A stretch of 60,608 nucleotides of DNA from Mesotaenium endlicherianum (taxonomy: Eukaryota), in NCBI GenBank assembly GCA_009602735.1, contig WELA01002985.1, forward strand, positions 280,548 to 341,155. Direction: 5' to 3'. The number at the start of each line of letters is the position of its first letter. Within the stretch, counting starts at the first letter, position 1. The notes under the pieces are model-generated. The model ran no database searches. It saw only the letters and a list, made by a program, of their open reading frames with translations, and had not been told where the DNA came from. The position numbers and the translations under genes are program-made. Shown here piece by piece: positions 1 through 13,325 of this stretch.

Positions 1-411
1 CGCCCCCCCGCCCCCACCACAGGCCACAAACATATGTAAAAAGGAGAGTGCAACACGCGCAGGTACAGGCTAAGTCTCGAGACGAGGGCCGGGCACTACT
101 AGCAGTGGCGCATCGGGAATGCCAACACACACCACTCAGTGACAAAAAAAAGGCTGGCATGGCCACCTCGTTTGCGACACAAGAGAAAGTGCTGGGGACG
201 CTGCAGATTGCACTCCCCACTTGGGTGGTCCCCCCACACGTCAGTCCAAATGATGCACACCAGAAGGACCCCAGGGGTTGCCAGTGGCAAATAGGCCACG
301 AAGTCGTGACCTCGCACACATTACAGAGGAAGTAGAGTGCAGGGGAGGAGAGAGAGGGAGGCAGACTAAGCGAGTGAAGGAGAGAGGGAGAGGGGGAGGA
401 AGAGAGCACAC

Positions 412-489
412 CCTGTCGAGAGGGTAGTGGTGGCTGGTTCGCAGGAACGGCAGCAGCAGCCGCTGATCAAACTCCGCGTACAGCTCCAC
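412..489 (-). CDS. VPS41: VPS41 exon (last visible)
   Basis: VELYAEFDQRLLLPFLRTSHHYPLDR, 78 nt. Confidence 0.92.
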
Positions 490-857
490 CTGAGCACCCA
501 GGCGGCGCAAGAAAGAGCTACACTCAAATGCATAAACTTTTTTATATACAGACTCGAATATATGTAATGTATTGCGTAAGTTGAGGCCTTCCTGGTTTCT
601 CCTTCCCGCTAAAGCACTTGCTGCCCCCCCGTCCGTGCCTGCCTCCATTCTTTCCGGGCCACAGAATGCAGCAGGTAAGAATCTCGAGCTGGTTTGCAGC
701 ATGATTGCCACATTCATCCGAAGGGGGGCTGCGCCCAGCAAGAGAACTTGGGGAGGTGCAAGATGTGTGCTGGCGGGTGCTGAGAACGCGCCAACGAGAC
801 AGGTAGATGACAGAGAAGGAGGGAAGACACGCGTGCGCGCACAGATACAGACACACG

Positions 858-892
<35 letters not shown>

Positions 893-3800
893 GCGCATGT
901 ACGCATGAGCACGCGCACTTCACCGCAATCACTCGCACACGCACACCTGGAGCACGTGGAACTGGCTGCCAGCCTCGATTTCGCGCTCGAAGAGGCCGTG
1001 CAGATACAAATGCAGCGCACGCCTCTTGCTGTCCTCGCTGCAGTCCTTGCTCGCCATCCCCCCCTGGATCTGGCTGACCACCTGGGAGGGGGGGATGTCG
1101 TCGCTGTGCGCGATGAGCATGGCCGTGGCCCTCTTCATGTCCAAACGAAGCAGAAGGGGGATCTGCGGCAGCGTGAAATAGATCACAATCAAGTTTAGGG
1201 CTTCATCTGTGGGCTATATAGGCCCCCTTCAAGGTCACGAAGTATGCAATGACCTTGTTGACGCGAAATCTGCGTTCCATGATAACTTTCAGGCCTGTTT
1301 ATATTGTGAGCCGATGTGGCTCCAGTGGGGCCACGTGCTACACGGAAGGGAACAAACAGAGCACATGTGAGTATGTGCAAGAAAGCGCTTCAGCTTGCTC
1401 AGAACAGGGTGCTCAGAGGAAGTGCAAGAGGAGCGCACGCAGGAGCCTGCCCTGGGCTCCTCCTTGCCTCCACGCACACAAGCCCCAAGACGAGCAGGAG
1501 TGTGGAAATGATGCATAAGAAAGAAGAGCCTCCCAAGTGCCACTTGGCAGGACAGCGCGACAAGCCCTTGCAGTCGAGTGACGTCGCATTGGCACAAATG
1601 CAGCTGGCTGCAGACTATGATGGTTCTTGCGGGTCTTTTCTGGTCCTTCAATCCGTTTGAGAAAAGGAGAGCGGTACGCCCCAATTCGAAGCCCTAAATT
1701 TGTTTACCCACAAGCTCCCCAAGACGAAGCCCTCACAAAAGTAAAACCCTAGCATTCTGTGCCTTCTGCAACTTACACTTTGAAGGCACGATCCCGATAA
1801 GAGGGCAAGCAAGGGGGCGCACGCGGACACACTGGGTCAGCAGCAGCTGTCAAGCCACACTCACAGGGCAAGGTCTCCTACTTGGACCTCAAGAAAGCAG
1901 GCGCTCCGCATATCCAAGCTTCCGGCAGCCCAACGTAAAACCTCTAGGGATCTCAGCCAGGTGGCCGTGCACTGCCGGAGGGGCGTACCTTGTCCTGCAC
2001 GGCGCCGAAGAGCTGGTACTTCTCGATGAACTCAAACATGTGCGGCCTCCCCAGCTGCTCGCCACGTGGCACACGTCGCGCACGCGCCCCCACAAGCAAG
2101 CGGGCGTGTGAGATCAGAAGAGACAGACAGCGGCATTCGACCATCGCATCGCAACAACCTGGCCTGTAATACCGACAGAGCGCTTGCTAAGTCCGAAAAG
2201 ACAAACGAATGAGGCCTGAGTGAATGAAGGGCCTGGAGAGTGACTGCTCGCAAAATATATTTTGGCATAGCTCGGGCCAGAGACAGTCCTCGGAAGGCCT
2301 ATGACACAGAATCAAGAGCTAAGTGGCGCACCTCGAGGTAGGTGCCAAGCGCGTCCTCCAGCTGGTTGTTCTTCTCGTACAGCTCCCCCAGAGCCTGCGC
2401 AGGTGCCACGTGGCAGTCAGATACGCACATGTGCGCGCGCATAAAATGTATGCCCACACACACGCACACGCACACATATACACATGCACGCGCGCAAGCA
2501 CACCCGCACACATTGACGCAAAGTTTTGGCTCACGGAATCGCCTAAATATATGAAAGTATATAGAGGAGACCAGTCCGCGAACGCCACCATGCTCTTGCG
2601 ACGTCTCTTACCACTACCAAGCACAGACAGCAATTGTCATGGCCGCTCGTGATCAGTCGGCCCAGCCAGTGAAGCTTGAGAGGCAAGGGGGGCAGAGCTT
2701 ATTTGCGCACACGGAATACCAAGACACGTACTTCAAAGTTGGGCGAGGGCTTTCCTTGTGCCAGAGCAGCTCTTCGATCACTCTGATTACTCAGAAGCAG
2801 AAGAGTCTCGCACTTGCATGCCTGCTTGAGAGGTCAGATTGCGAGAGCCCCTCATGCTGCTAGTCCTCACAGGCACTCACTTGCTAGAGGAGATGTGTCC
2901 TCAGTCAGCACAAACTCATGCACCCCCCTAGCACTTGTGCCATCAACCTCACACACCACTCGCCACAGCGGGAACAGAAGCACCAGCTGCTGCTGCTGCA
3001 GCAGCACACAACATGCACACACATGTACGAAACACAGCGCACACACCACCTTCCACATCGCACATGCCACACGCCACTCGCGGCAAAGCAACGCATGGGG
3101 GACAGATAGGGCGAGGAATGGACACAGAGACAGGGGGAGAGCAAGAGGGAGAGCAAGGGTGCAGGTCAACAAACCTCCTTCAAGGAGGGGGAGGGGGAGG
3201 GGGACGACATGACGCGGTGGCGCATGGCCGCAATGACGCTGCGCACGGGGTACGCGTCCTTGGGCCACTTGCGGATCGCAGCCAGCAGCTGCTCGTGGTC
3301 GGCTGGCGACGCTATGAACGCCTTGAGCACCATCTGATGGCCCCCGCAACGACGCACGCACGCACGCACGCACGTAGAGCATGCAGGCAGGCAGGCAAGC
3401 ACGCGCGTAAGCGCGCACGCACAGCACGCATGCAAGCAGGCAACCAGGCAGGTACGCACGAGCATTGGCACGCAGGGTCCAGCTAGGAGCTGCAAATTAC
3501 AAGGAGGGACCTGGCGCTCCTTCCTCTCTGTGTGCACATGCATGCCTGCATTGCCCACTGGCAGGCAGGCGGAAAAGGTGAGTGCTTAAGCCCGGAAAAC
3601 GCTGCAGCTGGGATGCTGCGATGCTCCAGAGGAGTTCAATGACGCAGGGGCGAGCTGCATGCGGGAGCGTGGTGAATAGCAGCGGTCACGATTTTTTTGG
3701 CAATTTCCTCCCAACAACAGAGGGCTGGTGTAGCCGGAGGAACAGACGGAGGGCACGCCAGAGGGAATCCACCCAGCCACCACCTCACCCTGCTACATTC

Positions 3801-6800
3801 CGAAGAGCACCCCAACGTAGAATCGTGCAACTGTCACCTGTTCTGACACAGCAAAGTGGACATGAGAGTCACACAGCTCATCCCTCTGCATGGTGCGCAG
3901 ACAACAGACCCCATGTGCGCATGCGCGAGCATGCTTGCTTGCGGCCGAACGAGTCTCAACGGCCACGGGCAAGTGCAGAAGCGTGACATGCGGCGCCCTT
4001 GTGGCGAGAACTTGCTGAGGGCTGCACTCGTACATCCCACACCGAGGGCATTGAGGGGACAGGCGTCAAATGGTCCCCAGGTGAGGGGGTACCTCGTACA
4101 CGGTGTCGCGCAGGCGCGGGTTGGAGGTGGGGATGTATGGCCCGATGGCTGCCAGCTGTCGCAGCTGCGCGAACTTGAACAGCCACCTGCAGTGAGGAGT
4201 ACAGGAGGGGTTGGGGGTTTGGGAAGACTGCAGGTGATACAGCAGCGAGAAAGAGAGTGCGTGCAGAAGGTGCCAGGTGGAGCACCCCTTGTGGCTCCCC
4301 CTCCGCTGGACAGGCAAGCAACGCCATTCCATAGGAGGCGCCGTGCACGCATACAAACGGGCATGCGTATGTGTGCGTGTGTGCACATGTGTGCATGTGT
4401 GCACGTGTTGCGTGCAAGCAAGGAGTTTCTTACAACACACATGTATGCCCTTTGGCCCGCAGCTGCAGCTCGGGGGTGTGCGTGCTTCAGCTTCAGCTTT
4501 CCAGCCGGGAGGTTGCTTGCTGGGCGACTGCCATCAGCCACACAGGTGCGCGCACACACACATACACACAAAAACAGCGCGCATATACTCGGACACGCAT
4601 GCATGCGCGCGCACGCACACGGATCACGCGCCCAACACTCTTCACTTCCATAAGATTTGCACAAATGCTGCAGCACGTGCAGCTCTCAGAACACAACCAT
4701 CCCAGATGCGTAGAGTCTCCAGAGGCTGCAAGGCAGCGAGTAGCAGCGGGCATGCCCTTGCTTGCCACGCACGTGCGAGGCGTTTGACTTCTGGGGTACA
4801 CAGCAGTACCTCTCCCAGGCGGAGGAGGAGTTTCGGAGCAGCTTGGGGAGGAGGGCGGCCGCTTGGCCGTACTTGCGCTCCAGCACCAGATGGTCCAGGT
4901 ACTTGGCCCCCACCTGCTCCTCGCAAAGGAGAGGGGGGATTGATGGACGCCAAAATAGTGCCAGTGTTAAGCACAGCACCGGCGGAGGAGCGATGGAGGG
5001 TGCGGAGGAGCGATGGAGGAGGAGCCGGTGGCAAGGGGAGGGCCCCTGAGAGGCTTTCGGCTCCAATGAGCCTCTAGGGCTTCGGGTTTGGGGCCTAGCT
5101 TACAGGGTGAGAGTGGATGTGCACCACACGTGTTGTGGCCGTGCTGTATTTCCGAGGGTGAGGTCCAGAGAGTAAAAGAAGCAGAGGTAGCCCCGGGGTT
5201 GGGGTCAGAGCCCAGTCTAGAAATACGTCAGGTCTTCTCGAGCTTACGGCTCCATAAACGAGATTAGGGTTTGGGACGTACATGTCTACAATGCATAGAA
5301 CGTGTGTTGGCATCTGGGAACACACAGTCTTGAGCAGATGTGTCTGAGGCGCACCCTCGGGGATGGCGGGAGCTGGCTACCTCATCAAAGAGCCCCGGGC
5401 GCACGGTGGGGGAGGATTCAACGGCGGCCAGCGCCCTTGCGTGCCAGCCGTGCTGCAGCAGCCACGCCACGTGGTCCTCCGCGTCCCTGGCAGACCGCCA
5501 AGTGGCAGCCCCAAAGTAGCTGAGCTAGGGGACTGTGCAAGTTTCCCCAAGAGAGTATCAAGATAGCCAAGCCAGATCGATGGCAAGGAGACAAAGAGGT
5601 CTCCCTCTCCCTCTCCCGCGCCTACTCCCTCTCGCTTCCTCCCATTCTCCATATCTTCCTCGTCGGAACTCAGCATCAAAAGGCCGATGAGATGAGACAA
5701 TAATATGCACTCCCGAACACAGGGACAAATGCGGACCCTCAGGAGCCAGCAGAGTCATGCGCACATGGAGCCACTGTTTGGAAGGCCTTTTCATGGAACA
5801 ATCACAATGCACCCTTTCACGTCGCAGCGGGAGGCTGCCCGACAAAGAGTAGCAATAGTTCACGCTCATTCCTCAAGGTCACATCAACTCTGCCGAAAAC
5901 ACGAGGCAAATGCCCGCGATTACACTGCAAGGGCGACACCTCCCCTGAGCCACAGACAATGACGAGCGAAAATAACGTGGCCCTAGGAGAAGCGCAATAC
6001 ATAGCATGCAACACTTTCAGTCAAACGCATGCGTTGCTCGCGCTTACCCAATACCTACACTCCTGGACCAGCGCCTGCAGCAAAGAGCCAGCAGAGTGCA
6101 GAGGCCCCAAGAGTACAGTCTCAGCAGAAGCTCATACGCGATAACTGTCATATTGCAGACACCAAACACCAAGAACAGACACACACACACACACACATAC
6201 ACACCTGGATCCAGACCCACTCGCACACCCACACGGACAGACAGACACCCGCCCCTACCACAGAAGCAGATGCTCTGGCACAAGCCGAGGAGAGCATGTG
6301 TAAGGAGGGCAGTGAATGGCAGGCTCTGGGGCGGGTTGTACCTGGGGCGGGCAACGATGATGTCACGTGGCGCCATGACGTAGTACAGCGGCTCGTCCCC
6401 CGCCGCCCACTGGCCGCCCAGCGCGCCGCTGCCTGGCACGCCCCTCACCTCAGTCCCCGTTCAGACACGCAAACAAGAGCAGGTGCTGGCTCAGATGGCG
6501 AGCTTCGTATGCTCTCTGGCACGGCTGCCCAGCTTGACCGGTGGTCAACCCACTGGCCTCCCTTCTCTGGATCATTTGAAGTAAATCCTCCTCACCACCT
6601 AGCTTTTGACCGCCAAGGGCGCAGGCCAGCTGCCCATTTCCCCTGACGCTGAGAACAACGGCAACACGTACACTGCGACCCTACATGAAATAAGTCCAGC
6701 GTCGGCTACGCGCAATGTGTTACATGTCAACATGTGCGTCGTGGAGGGAGGCTTAGGGGAAGAGAGGCAAGTGGCGGGCTGCAAAGAAAGCGGCACACAC

Positions 6801-8251
6801 GCCAAATGCCTCCTCTGAACAAAGACACATCAGCATGCGTGAAACACACTCCTCGGGATAAAAAAGAAGCTGTAGAAGACAGCTGCTGGGTCTAGTGAGA
6901 CCTTGACGAGGTGGCACGGGCTCAGACTGGCTCCGGCTGTCCGCCTGTTGTAAATGCGAAACACACGCCCACGGGTTCCAGCGATAGGGTGGTGGATGCA
7001 AAGGCCAGGGCTCGAGGCTTAGGGTTTGGATCTTGGCCTCCTTGCTACAGCTGAAGAGTCGCAAGCCCCACATCAGTGGGGCGGTTCTATTAGGCGCAGC
7101 AAGAAGAAGGGCACACGTGTGGGCGCACAGGTGGCATCGCACTCTCTGTGATGCCCTACTGCACTTCCCAAAGAAGACGGAGACGTTTCAGTGAAGCAGT
7201 AAGCCGAGACCAGAGGGGAGAGGGCCCCGGCGAAGAAGTAGCTTGCACTGATTGCCACGCTGTTGTGCAGAAAACCGGCTCCTGTGCGTGTGCGAGCTCT
7301 CTGGTAATGGAAGGACCTCCGCGGCGTTGTTGCATGCACGAGGGGTATTGAACGGCGGATTTGACGATAAAGAGAAACAGAAGGTGCGGCAGAGGAGCGG
7401 GATGATGGGACAGACGTGCACCACTCGCGCTGTTCAGACAAGATGCTAGTGTTCTGGTATTTACCCAGCACTGACAAGAAGGGGGGTTGTGAGAAGTAAG
7501 CAAACAGCTGACAGAACAGCAGACAGAAAAAAGCCACAACAAATTCCGCCCGCGATTGCTGCCAAACGACATCAGCATTGCCGCCAGCACGCACCTCCCC
7601 CAGTGTGGCCTGAAAAGGGGACACCTGTCACCATCTTCGGACAGGGTGGACCCAGACACAGCGGCCCTTGCAAAGCGAAACTCTACATCAAAAAGCACGG
7701 GAATTTCTTCTGCAGGCGATCCTGAGGGAGAGAGCAAAGGTACCTGAGAAGGGCGTGTGAGCGAGCATGTAGTCGGCGGGGCAGAACTCCTCGTAACCCG
7801 CGACTGACAGCACGTCAGATGCCAGCTCGTCGCCCCTCCAGTCCACAACGCGCACCTCCGGTCTCGGCGCTGCCCCCTGGCGGCCCACCAGGCAGGCAGC
7901 AACACAAAGCGCGCCTTGAGGCTTAAGGTCTGGGGTGGCGCCAGACAGGCCGGATATGCTTATGTCCAATTGCAATGGTCAGACACGGTTTCTCAACGTT
8001 TTGCGCTAGCACAATCGCGAGCCATATGCGCAGGAGGCCTTGGGGGTTAAGCAGTGTGCACACGTGTGCGAGACAATGAGTATGTATGCACGCAAGCAAG
8101 GCATGCGCGTGCAAGCGTGGTGTGTATGTGCGTGTGTGTGTGAGTGTGTTCTTGTGTGTGTGTGCACGTGTCTGCGTGCATGATGCACATGCCCTGACCG
8201 AATTAAAAATTGCCACCTTCACTCATTTGCGCATAGAAAAATGCACACATG

Positions 8252-8283
<32 letters not shown>

Positions 8284-11200
8284 CACCCCCGGGCGACTTT
8301 GGCAAGGGGAGCTTACGACAACTGGCGGCAGTGAGCTGCCAGTCTGGCGACGCTCTCCCGAGTTGTCCAGTGGGTGCGGACACGCGAGCACCACGAGCGC
8401 GTCGTCGTACGGGGCCACCCCCGAGATGAGGCAGTTGGTCTTGAACGTGGTCAGGATCTCTGCGTACTTGAGGCGCGTGCTGAAGTCGCCCGCAGAGCCG
8501 GCCCTTCTGCTCGGCGAGGGGGACAGGCTTGCTCTGCTTGCTGCCACCTGGCTGAAGCTGCCGCTGCCGCCGCTGTTCTTGCTCTGCTGGCTGAGCAGGG
8601 AGAACAGCGGGGGCTTAGTGGTGCTGCTGCCGTTGCTGCTGCTGCTGGGGGTGGCGGCGGGGGCGGGGGCACGGGCAGAGGGGGAAAGGAATGGGAAGGA
8701 GGAGCTAGAGAGTGAAGGAGGAGGAGAAGCAAGAGGGGAAGAAACGCGGGAGGATGAGTCAGAGCAAGATGCGGGCTTTGACGATGGCTTCAAGCTCGCC
8801 TACAAGCTGAGAGAGGCTGGCACAGTACCTGTCGAGCAAACGCCTGCCTGGGCGAGGGCTCTGAAGCAGACACTTGGCATGCTGGTGCTGGGCTCAGCCG
8901 TCGTAGGCTCCCTGGCCGTGGCGGCCGTGCGCCTCAGGATGACACCTGGCACCTCGCTGGCGGCCCCCATGGGTAGCTGCAGAGGCGCCACCTCGTCCGT
9001 CACACTTGCTACTGTGAACTGCACACCCTGCCCCCTCCCTCCCCCTCCCTCTCCCTCTCCCTCTATTTCTCCCTCCCCTGCATCATATTCCCTCTCCCCC
9101 TCCCTCTCCATCATTACGGCTGAGTGGCAGCCGCAGCAGCAGCAGCAGCAGCAGGAGGAGGAGGAGGAGGAGCAGCCATTGCCTTCTTCCAGAGGCTCCC
9201 TCCTGCTGGCATCTGTCACTCCCTCCCGCTCTCCCCCCTCCTCCCCTCTCCACCCTTCAAAGTCCTCAACTACCGCAGAATCTCGCGCTCTGGCTTACGT
9301 GGGCGGGCCCACGGGCTTCAGCGCCAGTCCAGCTCAGAGCCGCAGCAGGCGTGGAGGCCGCCAGCTGGCGGGCTCTGCGGCAGCTGGAAGCAGAGAGGAC
9401 AGCTGGACAGGGACGGGGGCGGCCGCGTTTGTAAGCTGGCCCGTCAAATCTCCCCCGCCTCCACCCGCAGGCGCGCCGGCCCCGCCCGCTGCTGCCAGCT
9501 CCGCAGGAGAGGGCCGGGAAGCGCCAGCTGGCGCCCCCGCCGAGCTGCTGCCGTTGGGCGCGGTGGCAGAATTGGGTCCCCTCAAGAAGGCGTCGGAAAA
9601 GCTCGGGGTGTGGGGGTTTAAGGGGCTAGGGTTTAAGGGCTGGGGTTCTAAGGGGCGCAAAGGGAAGCAGGGGTTGCGGGAAGGAGAGGCGGGGGGGGAG
9701 GGGCAGCGCAAGGGGACGGTGGGCAGCAGGCAGCAAGCGAAGGCGCAGGAGGGGAGGGAGGCCAGGGGTGGGGGCGAGGGCGAGGAGGGGGGGGAGATGA
9801 CGGAGGAGGAGAGGAAGGAGCTGGAGGAGTGGCTGGCTAAACCCTACCTGTGCTCGGTGCCCCTGCGCGTGCATGCGCTGCGAGGCTCTGTGCCCCCTCT
9901 CTGGATCAAGGTCGGTCCCTCAACCCCCAAGCTCAAAACCCTAAATCGTGGAACCCACCCCTCGAAGCCAAACTCTGACTCTGCACCCCGCACTCGCAAG
10001 AGCCCCAAGCGCAGAAAACCTCGTAGTTGGTACCCGAAACCCTAAAATCCGTGGGCCTTCAATTCTAAAGCTGGAACTCCAGAACGCAGACACATTCGCA
10101 GCCCCCCCACAGGCTCCGCTTCCGTGTCCCCTGGCCTCGCATGTCACTTATTTGCCAACAGCGGGAGGGCTCTCAACAATGCCCCTACCCTCTCCCCCCT
10201 TTCCCCCCCACTCCTGCCCTCCCTTTCCTTGTGCATCATCCTGGCAGGTGCGAGGTTTGCATGCCCGTCCCTTGAGCCCTCGCCAATGCCTTCGGGGGGG
10301 AAAGGGGGGGGGNNNNNNNNNNNNNNNNNNNNNNNNNNNNNNNNNNNNNNNNNNNNNNNNNNNNNNNNNNNNNNNNNNNNNNNNNNNNNNNNNNNNNNNN
10401 NNNNNNNNNNNNNNNNNNNNNNNNNNNNNNNNNNNNNNNNNNNNNNNNNNNNNNNNNNNNNNNNNNNNNNNNNNNNNNNNNNNNNNNNNNNNNNNNNNNN
10501 NNNNNNNNNNNNNNNNNNNNNNNNNNNNNNNNNNNNNNNNNNNNNNNNNNNNNNNNNNNNNNNNNNNNNNNNNNNNNNNNNNNNNNNNNNNNNNNNNNNN
10601 NNNNNNNNNNNNNNNNNNNNNNNNNNNNNNNNNNNNNNNNNNNNNNNNNNNNNNNNNNNNNNNNNNNNNNNNNNNNNNNNNNNNNNNNNNNNNNNNNNNN
10701 NNNNNNNNNNNNNNNNNNNNNNNNNNNNNNNNNNNNNNNNNNNNNNNNNNNNNNNNNNNNNNNNNNNNNNNNNNNNNNNNNNNNNNNNNNNNNNNNNNNN
10801 NNNNNNNNNNNNNNNNNNNNNNNNNNNNNNNNNNNNNNNNNNNNNNNNNNNNNNNNNNNNNNNNNNNNNNNNNNNNNNNNNNNNNNNNNNNNNNNNNNNN
10901 NNNNNNNNNNNNNNNNNNNNNNNNNNNNNNNNNNNNNNNNNNNNNNNNNNNNNNNNNNNNNNNNNNNNNNNNNNNNNTGGGGGTGGGGGTGGAGGGGGCA
11001 TTGAAGGAGAAGGAGTTGGAGAAGGATAGGGAGGAGGAGGAGGATTTGGGGGGGGTACTCAGCGGAGACGGGGACTGGAGGCTGGAGGAGGGGAAGAAAG
11101 AGGAGGTGGAGGAGGACGCTTTCAGACTTAGGGTGTCTCGGAAACTGGCAGCTAGAGCCAGCGGGGCAGCGCCCAGCTGCCAGAGGCCCCCCTCCTCCTC

Positions 11201-13046
11201 CTGGGCTGCAGGGGCTTGACTCCTGGGGGTTTGACTCTTGGGGGTGCTGGCCAGGTCGCTGATGCTGGATCGACGGCTGAGATTGCCCCCCTCCCCTTGC
11301 ACGCGGATGGCGGTGATCTTGACGGTGTCTGCCCATCCGACGACTAGCAGCGTGTCATCCTGCCAGGGGCAGCAGCAGAGGGCGGGCTTGGCCGATGCCA
11401 GTCAGTTTCCAGAGAGAGCCACTTGGCAAGGAGAGGCTCGAGGTGTTGGTGGGAGAGGTCGAGCTTCCGACGCACGCACAAAGAATCTTGCAAGTGTAAT
11501 GCTCGGGCATTCGCAAAGGCCCGGCAATCCATGGGGGCTGCTTGGAGAGGACTTGATGTGAAGAGCACCGCCATGTGTTCCGTGATGTGCCGGCATTGGT
11601 AACATGAACACAAGCCAGCAGCCATGGAACGGGTGTAAGGGCTGTCCCACCGAGGGTTGCCTGCGGTTGCTTGTCTGCTGCTGACCTGGTCAACGAGAGG
11701 TGCTGCTTCATCATCTCTCACTGACTGATTAAATCCGCACGCGTGTGCCTATCTGTACCTGCGGGGNNNNNNNNNNNNNNNNNNNNNNNNNNNNNNNNNN
11801 NNNNNNNNNNNNNNNNNNNNNNNNNNNNNNNNNNNNNNNNNNNNNNNNNNNNNNNNNNNNNNNNNNNNNNNNNNNNNNNNNNNNNNNNNNNNNNNNNNNN
11901 NNNNNNNNNNNNNNNNNNNNNNNNNNNNNNNNNNNNNNNNNNNNNNNNNNGTGGGGGGGGGAGGGGGGAGGAGGGAGATGGAAGGTAAAAAGAAGTCGGG
12001 ATGTTTTCCGTGAGAGAGCGTTGGCCCTTTCAATAGAATACAAGAGGGACTGCAGGAGGCTCGACGAGGCGTAGAGCCGGGGGGGGCTCAAGAGATGCCT
12101 TGAGAGGTGAAGTGTGCGCCAGCCAGGCAGCCCCCGGAGCCTACGAATGTACTAACCCTTCTGACCAGGCTGCCAAATTCAGCCCCATAGCTCCGCAAAA
12201 CCCTGAACCCGAATCTTGTAAGCCTGCAGACACCAGACAACGGCAAGCGCTGCCGCGGCAGGTTGCTTCTAAGCGTGTGACGGCAAGAATAGAGTCCCAA
12301 CCCCAGCCCCAAACAGCGCTCTAGATCCCCGCTGAACCTGGATGGCCGTTCTTGCAGAGGACGAGAGGGGCAAGCGGGCGTGCCCTGCAGAAGCGGCCGC
12401 TTGTCTTTAGTACACCAGACAAGGGCACGGGGCGTACTGACATACAGAATGCCAGGTGGTCTGTTTCCCTCACTAAAACTCTCTTCTGTTGGGCCAGCCT
12501 GAGCCTGAGCCTGAGCCAGCCCGGCGGCAACACTCTGAAGATTCGAGTTTTCGGCTCAGAATGCTCGCTTCTGCAGCTGCCAGGATTTGAGAATCAGGGG
12601 ATAGAAATCGTGGCTTAAGGTCAGAGACAGGACAAGAGCTTGGACCCGCTTGAATTGTTGGGGTCAGGGTTGAGTTTTTTGTCGGGTTTCGCGCACGAGC
12701 AGGGCGAAAGGCGTTGGCCGAGTGCGGAGGGCAGCGCACCTGATCGCGGGGCCCCAGCCAGCCCTTGGCGTTGAGGAAGAGCTGGCCGGACGCGCCGCCC
12801 GCAGCAAACTGCCGCGCCTTGCTGCTGGCAAACAGGGGGTCCAGGGCGACGGCGCGGATCGGGCGGTGGTACTCGAAGCGCTCGGGTTTGTCGCGGCCGT
12901 CGCTATACAGCGAGTGGATGGCGGCGGTGCCGTCGTCGGAGCAGCTGGCGAGGTGCTCGGCCTCGCGGTCGAAGGAGAGCGCGTTCACGGGCCCCCGGTG
13001 CGCCATGTAGCGCTTCACCTGCGTGCCACCCCGCGCGTTCGTTGTA

Positions 13047-13086
<40 letters not shown>

Positions 13087-13287
13087 TGTAAGGGTACGTG
13101 TGGCTGTATGTGTGTGCATACGTGTGTTTGTGTTTTTGTGTGTGGGAGTGCGCGTGTGTGTGTATGCGAATGTGTGTTAGTGTTTCTGTGTGCGAGTGCG
13201 AGTGCGTGTGTGCGAGCGCGAGAGCGTGTGTGTGTGCGCGAGCGTGAGAGCGTGCGTGAGTGTGCGTGCGTGTGCGTGAGTGTGTGT

Positions 13288-13325
<38 letters not shown>

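Noticed and set aside
48..8330. Many 60-280 aa ORFs rich in C/V/H/T/R
   Set aside because: They are translations of intronic (CA)n/(TG)n microsatellites and GC-rich intron sequence; only the embedded VPS41 exons are supported.
9614..10027. TTTAGGG/AAACCCTA-like motifs as a telomere
   Set aside because: Only isolated degenerate copies are present, with no tandem array.
8249..10045. 598-aa ORF as a complete single-exon protein
   Set aside because: It begins in a CA repeat, its first part is antisense to a VPS41 exon, and it reads past a splice donor at 9910; only ~8700-9910 is supported.
9948..12091. Long ORFs spanning N runs (also near 16.9, 18.2, 19.2 and 57.8-58.6 kb)
   Set aside because: They are open only because N codons contain no stops.
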